64,000 nt of DNA from Bdellovibrionales bacterium (GTDB lineage Bacteria; Bdellovibrionota; UBA1018), in contig JAEUWC010000029.1 of NCBI GenBank assembly GCA_016786465.1, forward strand, positions 82,363 to 146,362, given 5' to 3'. Positions 56,953 through 64,000 of this stretch are shown piece by piece. Position 1 is the stretch's first letter. Every line of letters begins with the position of its first letter. The notes under the pieces were generated by a model that made no database searches, had not been told where the DNA came from, and was given only the letters and a program-made list of their open reading frames with translations. Both the position numbers and the translations under genes were made by a program.

Positions 56953-56967
56953 AGCGGCCGTTCGCAC

Positions 56968-58260
56968 TTAAAGTTCGATTACGGCTCCGTAAAAACCGTC
57001 ACCATGGGGTTCATCCTGCGGAAAAAGCCACTTTTCATCGATCGGTTTCAGGCCCGCTTTTGCAAGTGCTCCGCTGGCTTCATCTTTCAAAATCGAGCAG
57101 ACCGAGTAAATCAAAAGCCCACCGGGTTTCACCCAACCGCGCGCCTTTTTCAAAAGATCGACCTGAATGGCTGAAAGCTGACCCAGATCTTTTTCGGCCT
57201 TGTTCCAACGAATCTCGGGGTGGCGTCGAAGAATTCCGCTTCCCGTACAAGGCGCATCCACCCAAACTGCATCGAAATTTTCAAACTGACCTTTTCCGAT
57301 ATCCGCGCCTGAAACCCAACGCGCCGATCCTCCGGTGAACTTTTGAAGATTTTCTTGAAGTCGAATCGCGCGTTCACCATCGACGTCTGAAGAAAATACG
57401 GCCTTTCCCGCCCAGGCTAGCGCAATCGACTTTCCACCTGGGGCCGCACAAAGATCCAAGACTTGCGAAAGATTTCTTTTCTTTAAATGACCGCTGACCC
57501 AGTCGACCAAGGTTTGACTGGAAATGTCTTGAACATACGCTTGCCCCGCTTCTAGGTCTTTACGGGCCTGATCCAACGATTCCATTTTCTGGGCTTTTCC
57601 GTCCGCGCGATTTCGAATCCAAAGCGTGGGTCTTTCCAAAGATGCCACCGCGTAGGACTGCGCCCGCTGCACGCCGTGATCCGCTACGATTCTTTTCCAC
57701 ATCCATTCAGGAAGGCTGGCCCAGGCCGCTTGTTGATTGGGCGTTTTGTCTGGAAAAGGCAATTCACGCCAATCGACTGCATGGTCACTTAAGCGACGAA
57801 GAACCGCGTTCACAAACTTTGATGGGAACGCCCCTTCTTTTTCTCGAACCAAGTCGACCGATTCTGAAACGATGGCGGCGTTTTTGGCGTTACCTTGCAC
57901 GATCAGTTGATAGGCTGCCAGTTGAAGCACCCGACGAATCCATCCCGTGGGCTTTTTCTTCAGCGACTGTTGATCGATCGCAAAATCCAAACGCCCGCGC
58001 CATCGAAGCGCGCCCGAACAGATTTCCAAAATCCACGCGCGATTTGAAATGACATCGGGCTTGGCACGATCCAAAACCCTTTCGATGGCTTCATCCAGGC
58101 CGATCTGTTCGGACTGACAAAGCTGAAGGACTTTCGTGGCTTCGAAGCGCGGAAAGCTGGGGCCCGTTCGCCCAGCCTTCACCGGCCTTATAGGCTTCCG
58201 GTCCACAGCCAGTAGATTCCTGGTGCGCGGCCCAAGACCTTGTTTTCGACCTTCAGCCAA
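56968..58260 (-). CDS. rsmB: 16S rRNA (cytosine-C5)-methyltransferase RsmB/Sun
   Basis: 430 aa. NusB-like N-domain, LDLCAAPGGKS, DAPCTGSGILRRHPEIRW and YSVCSI. The track start overlaps sppA by 73 nt. An in-frame GTG at 58182 (5 nt after the sppA stop) is a plausible true start. Confidence 0.8.
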   Translation of the reverse strand: MAEGRKQGLGPRTRNLLAVDRKPIRPVKAGRTGPSFPRFEATKVLQLCQSEQIGLDEAIERVLDRAKPDVISNRAWILEICSGALRWRGRLDFAIDQQSLKKKPTGWIRRVLQLAAYQLIVQGNAKNAAIVSESVDLVREKEGAFPSKFVNAVLRRLSDHAVDWRELPFPDKTPNQQAAWASLPEWMWKRIVADHGVQRAQSYAVASLERPTLWIRNRADGKAQKMESLDQARKDLEAGQAYVQDISSQTLVDWVSGHLKKRNLSQVLDLCAAPGGKSIALAWAGKAVFSSDVDGERAIRLQENLQKFTGGSARWVSGADIGKGQFENFDAVWVDAPCTGSGILRRHPEIRWNKAEKDLGQLSAIQVDLLKKARGWVKPGGLLIYSVCSILKDEASGALAKAGLKPIDEKWLFPQDEPHGDGFYGAVIEL

Positions 58261-59156
58261 CTTTTGGCCAAGGATTCAAGGGTCGATTCAGATTCTGCGT
58301 CTTCGTCGTTCTGCGGATCCTGCATGATCGCATCCAAGAAGCGGTTCCGATTCTTTTCTGGATAAATGATGTGGGGCTTGCCTTTGATCTTGGCTAGCTT
58401 TGCCGCTTCGTCGATCGCATCTTGAAGCGTGCCCAATTCATCGACCAACTTATTGGCCTTTGCCTGGGATCCTGAAAAAATTCGGCCATCGGCGATCTTC
58501 GTCACTGCATCCATGGAAAGCTTCCGGCCTTCAGCAACCGCTTTCTTGAACTGCCCCAGAACATCGTCGATCATACCCTGTAAAAGCGCACGTTCTTCAG
58601 GTTCCATCGTTCGATAGTCCGCGCCAGCGTCTTTGAATCTTCCGGTCTTCAGGCTGAAACGCTTCACCTTGGCCCATTCGTAAAGCTTTTCCAGGTTCGC
58701 AAATTCCATGATCACGCCAATGGACCCGGTGATCGTTCCCGGATTGGCGAAAACTTTTTGTGCTCCCATGGCGATATAGTATCCGCCGCTTGCGGCTACA
58801 GAACTCATTGATGCTACGACAGGCTTTTTCGCTTTCTTCAGCGCTTCGTAAATTTCTTGTGACGGAGCAACCGAGCCTCCTGGCGAATTAATTCGAACCA
58901 CAATCGCTTTCACTTCGGAATCTTCATTGAACTTGTCAAAGCGCTTCAGCGCCTTCTTTGAATCCATGATCACACCGTTGATTTCAAAGATGCCGATGCT
59001 TCCGCCGCTGAAAAGCCCAGCCTTAGAAGACCCCGAAGAGGATCCGCCTTTTGAAAAGAAGACCGTGGCCGTCGTCACTGCAAAAAGAACGAAGAAGACC
59101 AAAGACAAGACCAAGATGATGATCAAAGGGTTCGAAGATTTCTTTTGGGTTTCCAT
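58188..59156 (-). CDS. sppA: Signal peptide peptidase SppA (36K type)
   Basis: 322 aa. N-terminal TM segment, INSPGGS and GGYYIAMGAQKVFANPGTITGSIGV. Confidence 0.85.
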   Translation of the reverse strand: METQKKSSNPLIIILVLSLVFFVLFAVTTATVFFSKGGSSSGSSKAGLFSGGSIGIFEINGVIMDSKKALKRFDKFNEDSEVKAIVVRINSPGGSVAPSQEIYEALKKAKKPVVASMSSVAASGGYYIAMGAQKVFANPGTITGSIGVIMEFANLEKLYEWAKVKRFSLKTGRFKDAGADYRTMEPEERALLQGMIDDVLGQFKKAVAEGRKLSMDAVTKIADGRIFSGSQAKANKLVDELGTLQDAIDEAAKLAKIKGKPHIIYPEKNRNRFLDAIMQDPQNDEDAESESTLESLAKSWLKVENKVLGRAPGIYWLWTGSL

Positions 59157-59215
59157 AGGTTTACCAGTCTATCAGTCTTCCAATCCCCATAAACTGGATT
59201 CTGAATGACAAAAAA

Positions 59216-59824
59216 ATGACATCCGAAACAAATTCAAAATACCCCGAAAATATTCCGATTAGTCCAGGGATGAAGACCGCTTTGCGACACGTCATTTGGG
59301 TCCTGGCCCTAAGCCTGGGGACTGCCGAGGGAAAAGTGGACAAAAAATCTGGCGAAGCCTGCGAATACCCGAAATCCGAAAGCGAATTGAAGAAGCTTTT
59401 ATCGCCCGAGCAGTACCGGATCATTCGTGAAAGCGGAACGGAACGCCCGTTCCAAAATGCGTTCTGGAACAATCACGAACCGGGAATCTATGTCGACGCC
59501 GTTTCCGAAGTCGCTTTGTTTTCGTCGACCGATAAATTTGATTCAGGATCGGGCTGGCCGTCTTTCACCAAACCCATCGACGAAGACCGCGTGGTTGAAA
59601 AGAAGGATACTTCCCACGGGATGGAGCGCGTCGAAGTTCGAAGTTCAGAAGCCGATTCGCACCTAGGGCACGTCTTTAACGACGGCCCTGGCCCCAACGG
59701 ACTTCGCTACTGCATCAATTCAGGATCTCTGAAATTCATTCCGGCGACCCAGCTGAAAGGCACGAAATACGAAAAGTATCTGAAACTGTTTAAAGCCAAA
59801 GACCTGGCTAAGGGAAAAAAATGA
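59216..59824 (+). CDS. msrB: Peptide-methionine (R)-S-oxide reductase MsrB, apparently exported
   Basis: SelR signature GSGWPSFTKPI...HLGHVFNDGP...RYCINS. An internal M19 (59270) gives MKTALRHVIWVLALSLGTAEG, a signal-like sequence. Its stop overlaps the next start (ATGA). Confidence 0.85.
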   Translation: MTSETNSKYPENIPISPGMKTALRHVIWVLALSLGTAEGKVDKKSGEACEYPKSESELKKLLSPEQYRIIRESGTERPFQNAFWNNHEPGIYVDAVSEVALFSSTDKFDSGSGWPSFTKPIDEDRVVEKKDTSHGMERVEVRSSEADSHLGHVFNDGPGPNGLRYCINSGSLKFIPATQLKGTKYEKYLKLFKAKDLAKGKK

Positions 59825-60627
59825 GCGACAAAAAGAACGTCCCCGCCGCCGAGGTCATCGACACTTTGATCGAAGGAAATGCCCGCTTCATCACCGGGCT
59901 TCGTTCGGTCGAAAACTTTCTTGCCAAACTGAAAATGAAGAAACTTGCGACAGAAGGCCAGTTTCCTTTTTGCACGCTGATCACCTGTTCCGATTCGCGA
60001 ATTCCGATCGAGCAGATTTTTGACCGCGGCATGGGCGACCTTTTTGTGATTCGAACCTTTGGAAACGTGATTGACCCAAGCGTTGTCGCCAGTGCGGAGT
60101 ATGCTTCGCTTCACTTCCAAAATGAAATTATCGTGATCATGGGACACACCCGTTCGGGTGCTGTGCGCACAACCTTAGAAAACGAACTTTCGGACCAACT
60201 GGGCCTTTGTCCTAGCCTTCGCTCGACGACCGAAAAAATTCGGCCCGCATTGAATCGAACTCGTGCACGCCTGAAAGACTTTCAGCCCGTAAAACGCGAC
60301 CCTAAAGACCCAGCGTCGCTAGAACGCTGGGAAAAGCATTTCCAGGGCACCGTGCAGGAAAACATTCGGGGCAGCGCCCGGCAACTTCTGGAATTAAGCC
60401 GCATTTTGCAAGAACGCGTCGAAAAAAAGAACCTTTTCATCGTTCCGGCCCTTTATGAAATCGATTCAGGCGAAGTGATCTTTGAACTTCCAGCTGCACT
60501 GCTTAGCCAAATCGATCCAAAAGTCGTGACACTAAAGGCATCCAAAACCGCCAAAGCGGCTGAAGAAATTCTGAATCGCAGCGTCGAGGCGTCTCAAGAA
60601 ACGAAGTCTTCGGGCGGGACGACCTGA
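59821..60627 (+). CDS. Beta-class carbonic anhydrase-like protein lacking one zinc ligand (Cys replaced by Ser)
   Basis: 268 aa. CSDSR (C56, D58, R60) and H109 are present, but GHTRSGA carries Ser112 (TCG, 60154-60156) where beta-CAs have HxxC. Confidence 0.75.
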   Translation: MSDKKNVPAAEVIDTLIEGNARFITGLRSVENFLAKLKMKKLATEGQFPFCTLITCSDSRIPIEQIFDRGMGDLFVIRTFGNVIDPSVVASAEYASLHFQNEIIVIMGHTRSGAVRTTLENELSDQLGLCPSLRSTTEKIRPALNRTRARLKDFQPVKRDPKDPASLERWEKHFQGTVQENIRGSARQLLELSRILQERVEKKNLFIVPALYEIDSGEVIFELPAALLSQIDPKVVTLKASKTAKAAEEILNRSVEASQETKSSGGTT

Positions 60628-60628
60628 T

Positions 60629-61333
60629 ATGAAAAAGAAAACTGCAGCTAAACCCACCGAAAGCCCCAATTCAAAAGAAGCGATACAAATGCTGATTGAA
60701 GGCAATGAACGCTTTGCCGCCGGTGTACGAAGCGTTGAAGCGTTTGCATCCAGTCTTCGGCTGAAGGATCTGGCCGAACAAGGGCAGAAACCTTTTGCGG
60801 CGATTCTGACTTGTTCTGATTCACGCGCGCCGATTGAAACGCTTTTTGACCGAGGACTAGGGGATCTTTTCGTGTCTCGGGTCGCAGGAAACACGCTTTC
60901 AGACATCTTTATGGCCGGGATCGAGTATTCGGTTCATTACTTCCAAGTTCCGCTGGTGGTCGTCATGGGTCACACGATGTGTGGCGCGATCGCAGCGACT
61001 TTTGACAAGATGATCACGCCAGAAATGGCGCTTCCTTCACCCAATCTGGAATCCTTGGTCATTCGACTTTTGCCTGAAAACATGAAAATGCGTGAAAAAA
61101 TGGCGAAGACCTTTAAACAGAAAAAGGATGCTGCCAAGAAGGCCCTGCTTTTGGAACTGAACTGGAACAACATCCGCCAAAACGTCTCGCGCATCCAAAC
61201 CCAAAGCCCAATCGTCGCTGAACGCATTCGCGAAGGCCGGCTTCAAGTCGTCGGCGCACTTTACGATATTGAATCTGGCCGGGTCGTGTTCGACCTTCCA
61301 GCAAAGTCGGCAAAAGCCAAAAAAGCGGCCTAG
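60629..61333 (+). CDS. Beta-class carbonic anhydrase (canonical ligands)
   Basis: 234 aa. Contains CSDSR (C62, D64, R66) and GHTMCGA (H115, C118). Starts 1 nt after the preceding stop. Confidence 0.8.
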   Translation: MKKKTAAKPTESPNSKEAIQMLIEGNERFAAGVRSVEAFASSLRLKDLAEQGQKPFAAILTCSDSRAPIETLFDRGLGDLFVSRVAGNTLSDIFMAGIEYSVHYFQVPLVVVMGHTMCGAIAATFDKMITPEMALPSPNLESLVIRLLPENMKMREKMAKTFKQKKDAAKKALLLELNWNNIRQNVSRIQTQSPIVAERIREGRLQVVGALYDIESGRVVFDLPAKSAKAKKAA

Positions 61334-61352
61334 TCTTCAGCTTAAAAAAAAA

Positions 61353-61381
61353 GCCCTCTGTGCCGAACCGGCACAGAGGGC
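61353..61381. terminator. Bidirectional intrinsic terminator between convergent genes
   Basis: A perfect 13-bp stem GCCCTCTGTGCCG / CGGCACAGAGGGC with a 3-nt loop. A9 lies upstream on the plus strand, which is a T9 tract after the stem on the minus strand. Confidence 0.75.
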
Positions 61382-61408
61382 TGAAAGTTTATGGCCTTCG
61401 CCCAAGGC

Positions 61409-63916
61409 TTAACCGCCGTCGTCTTCACCCGGAGGCGCTTCGACGTTTTCGTCAGCACCTTCTTCGAAGTGGCGGTCACATGAAGCAGGTTGACGCTTGG
61501 CCCGAGACGTCGCCGTTGCAGCTGTGACGACTTCGAAATCCGGTGCCACCGAAGCAAAGCTTCCGTCTGCGCCAATCGAACTCAAGAAAGCGGCAATTTC
61601 CTGTCCACCTTGGCGAGCACCTGCCGTCTTCATCGCCCGCTTGATGGCAGCAATGGATTTCTTCACTTCAGGCGTCGGGACAAACTTCTGCTTGGTGACC
61701 CAAGCAGGCGCAACCAGTCCGCGAACAGCGCCTTTGGCTTTTCCCTTTGCATCCACCACTTGATCGCCCCCACGGCCTTCCCAAGGACGAAATACGTTAG
61801 ACCAGAAAGTCAGATGCGCCCGTGGAATGTCGACCATCTTCGCGGTCACACGTTTTCCAGCGGCTTTTCCCGCCTCGACAATTCCAGATTCTGGATTCAT
61901 GCCGGTGCGAGCGATTGAAATGACTTTCTTATCCGTGACTCCCAACTTGGCCAAAATGCGTTCCATTTCAACTTTAGCAATCGGACCATCGGTAAAGATG
62001 GTCTCAATGCCCGTGTTCTTTAAAGCTTCTTTGATCGCGGCTTCACGGTACTTTTCCGTATTCTTGCGGGTCACTTCCCACTCGGCTGCGGTCGCTCCGT
62101 CCATACCCACCGGAACCGTCTTCAAGACCAAGTAATCGTCTCCGTAGCCCAGATCCTTCATCAATCCGTTCAGATACTGACCCCGAGTTCCCGTCAAAGC
62201 ACGTGAAGTCGTCCAGTCATCTAATCCATGCGGATCTGCCAAGATCAGCACTTTCGCGGTTTCAAAGCTTCCACGATGGATTCCGAAAAATCCGGTACCT
62301 TCATGGGTCTTTACATTCAAGGCATCGATCCCATTGGCTTCAAAGGTCATGCCTGGCTTTGGTGCAAAGATCTTTGAGCGATCCAGGCTATTCATGATCG
62401 CCTTGGCAATGTCGGCACCCGGTCCTCGATCAAAAATCATCGGATCGCGATTTTCGAAAAAGGTGCTTAACCAATTTCCCGCAGCCCCGGTGGCTTCTGA
62501 AGGCTTGCTAGCCTTGATCGCTTCAACTTGTTCTTTCGAAAAGCTGACCTTGTCACGCGTGCCTGCAACGATAACGTCAGCGCCCATTCGGCTTGCATCG
62601 GCTCGCGAAACACGTCGATCGTCCGGCGCCCCGAATTCAAAGTACCCGGGCCGAATGTCCGCCCGACCGTAAACATAGTCTTTTCCCTCGTCCCAAAGAT
62701 TTCGGCGCAATTTTCCTTGATCATCCAAATCCGGGACAACCTTCCAACCGGTGCGCTTCAACTGTTCCAAAGGTTCGAACGACTTGCGAAGCGCCTTAGA
62801 CGCATCCGCCGGCTTCATTTTTGAAAGAGAGCTTGGGTGCGCAGAAACCGCAAACGCGATATCGTCTCGAATCACCGTTCCATCCGAAAGCTTCAGGCCC
62901 TTCAAAGAAACTGTCTTTTTGCCGTTGATTTCGACTTTGGAAAGATCATACCCGCCCAACTGGGCAGGATTGACAATGCCGCTTCCGTTGATGCCCTTGC
63001 CTGAAAAAACCATCAGATTCAAAACTTCCTTCGGCCTTTTGGTCAAAAGTTCGTTTGCAGCTGTTTGATCGGCTGGCTTTGAGTAATCCATCTTTCTTTT
63101 CAAAAGAACCGAATAGATGTCACGACCCTTCTTGTCGACGGGAACGGGAAATTCGTTGTTTCCGCCAGCGTACATCAGCTGGGTTTCAGGAACGCGAACC
63201 CCTTTCAAGCGTTCTTCGGTAAAGCGGGTTCCGACTTTGGCTCCTCGTGCGATCAAAAACTCGGCAAACGCGTCGCGAGCTGCGCCGCCGAAAACGACCA
63301 TCATCTGAAGCGATGAAGGATTGTTTTTGATCATCCATTCCCAAAACTGTTCACGTCGTACGCGAATTTCGCTTTGCTCGCTGTTGGAAAGCATCCAAAG
63401 CTGGTTATCGACAAACGAAGTGGTTTTGATCGTTCCGCCTTCGACGTAAGGATGCGTGAACGACCCATACTGACCTTTAATCGTTGAAAGGTACGCGTTG
63501 GTCGTCGAAACGCCTTGGTCGACGCCGAAAAAGTTTCCGATACTTTGAACCCTTGCGCCGAAACCCGACGTTCCTGGCTGCTTGGCAGCTTCCGCGATGT
63601 GGGTGGCGTCCTGACCAATGAAAAGCATCTTCACCGCGTCTTTTTCGTAATAGGTCCGGGTCATCATCAAACCGAAAATGAAACGAAACTTTTGCGAATC
63701 CATCAATTCGTAAGACATCGTTCCATAGCTCGGAAGACTTGCGGCGATTTCAATGAGCTCGCGGCCTTCTTTCGTCTGGGGATCAGGGCCCATATTGTAT
63801 TCCCAATTTTCAGAACCCGGCGCCCAAGGGCTTCCACCGCCTGCCCAGGCAACTGGCGAAAGAACCAAAGACAGAGCCAAAACAGACGACAGAACACGCG
63901 AGAAAATTTTATTCAT
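61409..63916 (-). CDS. Large secreted protein, hypothetical, with two regions carrying uracil-DNA-glycosylase-superfamily-like motifs
   Basis: The track ORF starts at TTG 63922 and the first ATG is at 63916. Signal peptide NKIFSRVLSSVLALSLVLSPVAWA. Ordered motifs are LFIGQDAT, QPGTSGFGARVQ, STTNAY, VVFGGAARD and SAHPSSLS. A second degenerate set is LILADPHGLDD...TGTRGQYLNGLM. Confidence 0.7.
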   Translation of the reverse strand: MNKIFSRVLSSVLALSLVLSPVAWAGGGSPWAPGSENWEYNMGPDPQTKEGRELIEIAASLPSYGTMSYELMDSQKFRFIFGLMMTRTYYEKDAVKMLFIGQDATHIAEAAKQPGTSGFGARVQSIGNFFGVDQGVSTTNAYLSTIKGQYGSFTHPYVEGGTIKTTSFVDNQLWMLSNSEQSEIRVRREQFWEWMIKNNPSSLQMMVVFGGAARDAFAEFLIARGAKVGTRFTEERLKGVRVPETQLMYAGGNNEFPVPVDKKGRDIYSVLLKRKMDYSKPADQTAANELLTKRPKEVLNLMVFSGKGINGSGIVNPAQLGGYDLSKVEINGKKTVSLKGLKLSDGTVIRDDIAFAVSAHPSSLSKMKPADASKALRKSFEPLEQLKRTGWKVVPDLDDQGKLRRNLWDEGKDYVYGRADIRPGYFEFGAPDDRRVSRADASRMGADVIVAGTRDKVSFSKEQVEAIKASKPSEATGAAGNWLSTFFENRDPMIFDRGPGADIAKAIMNSLDRSKIFAPKPGMTFEANGIDALNVKTHEGTGFFGIHRGSFETAKVLILADPHGLDDWTTSRALTGTRGQYLNGLMKDLGYGDDYLVLKTVPVGMDGATAAEWEVTRKNTEKYREAAIKEALKNTGIETIFTDGPIAKVEMERILAKLGVTDKKVISIARTGMNPESGIVEAGKAAGKRVTAKMVDIPRAHLTFWSNVFRPWEGRGGDQVVDAKGKAKGAVRGLVAPAWVTKQKFVPTPEVKKSIAAIKRAMKTAGARQGGQEIAAFLSSIGADGSFASVAPDFEVVTAATATSRAKRQPASCDRHFEEGADENVEAPPGEDDGG

Positions 63917-64000
63917 ATTCAATTACTATTCGGTACGAACGGCCAAATTTGAAGCGTATTCTGCGCGTCAATTTTTAGACTTTGGTTAGGCAGTTCGAGC

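Noticed and set aside
56716-56967. 83-aa minus-strand ORF (GTG start immediately after the rsmB stop)
   Set aside because: The composition is Arg/Pro/Gly/Ser-rich with no hydrophobic core. The ORF spans the terminator hairpin and the other stem-loops. It is more likely non-coding, structured RNA or DNA.
56690-56967. Tested the gap by eye for RNase P RNA, tmRNA, SRP (4.5S) RNA and the GEMM-I c-di-GMP riboswitch
   Set aside because: I found no GGAAAGUCCGG / ACAGAAxCCCGGCUUA (RNase P). I found no GGUCCGGAAGGAAGCAGC (SRP) and no tRNA-like CCA end (tmRNA). GCAAAGCC is present (56927-56934), but it forms part of the terminator stem, and the GGGCAAACC element and P1/P2 architecture of GEMM-I are missing.
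58183-58260. 73-nt overlap between the rsmB and sppA coding regions
   Set aside because: This is probably an artefact of taking the longest ORF. An in-frame GTG at 58182, just after the sppA stop, removes the overlap without losing conserved sequence.
63926-63952. Sigma28-like promoter upstream of the UDG-like gene (minus strand TCAAATTT-N11-CCGAATAG)
   Set aside because: The -35 is good (6/8), but the -10 has a one-base insertion relative to CCGATAA. It also lies only ~10 nt from the start codon, so it is too weak to call.
1-64000. Search for mobile elements, prophage boundaries, tRNA/rRNA genes, CRISPR arrays and toxin-antitoxin or defence-type cassettes
   Set aside because: I recognised no integrase, transposase, recombinase, terminal inverted repeats, tRNA-like sequences or nuclease/ATPase defence architectures. 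The phage-like motifs are confined to the fibre protein itself.

Overview
This is a compact 64-kb chromosomal segment with about 50 protein-coding genes. Many gene junctions overlap by 1-4 nt (ATGA or TAATG). I found no rRNA, tRNA, CRISPR array, transposase or integrase. The gene content suggests a Bdellovibrio-like predatory bacterium, which is inference only. Supporting content includes a PEGA-domain Ser/Thr kinase, HD-GYP and HDOD proteins, an L,D-transpeptidase, several secreted HExxH proteases, a giant ELWxxDGT-repeat protein and a chimeric tail-fibre/YadA-like fibre.

Main blocks:
- 1-7710: polyamine-binding protein, two lipoproteins, a coupled pair of ArsA/Get3-like ATPases plus a secreted TPR protein, and a rare-type glutamate-cysteine ligase.
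- 7830-11828: Ig-repeat lipoprotein and two small secreted proteins behind a near-consensus sigma28 promoter.
- 11841-14038: reverse transsulfuration pair.
- 14040-24562: secreted protease, lipoprotein, an OMP/PP2C/acyltransferase/SDR operon, HD-GYP, HDOD, and a STAS-like/coiled-coil/OmpR operon.
- 24576-32901: an apparently single minus-strand operon running ssb, GT2, L,D-transpeptidase, FAD oxidoreductase, serine hydrolase, Mpl and STK.
- 35080-38904: 1274-aa chimeric fibre.
- 38913-49639: M64-like peptidase plus a complete reductive pyrimidine catabolism operon.
- 50846-56305: 1819-aa Ig plus ELWxxDGT protein.
- 56968-61333: rsmB, sppA, and an msrB plus two beta-carbonic-anhydrase operon.
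- 61409-63922: 837-aa secreted protein with UDG-superfamily-like motifs.

No defence-island-type system is evident. The candidates most worth follow-up are:
- the secreted tandem UDG-fold-like protein;
- the mosaic fibre with its small Cys-containing tip;
- the sigma28-driven surface-protein locus;
- an unexplained structured 278-bp convergent intergenic region;
- a zinc-ligand-deficient carbonic anhydrase paralog.

All functional calls rest on motif recognition by eye. No database search was run.
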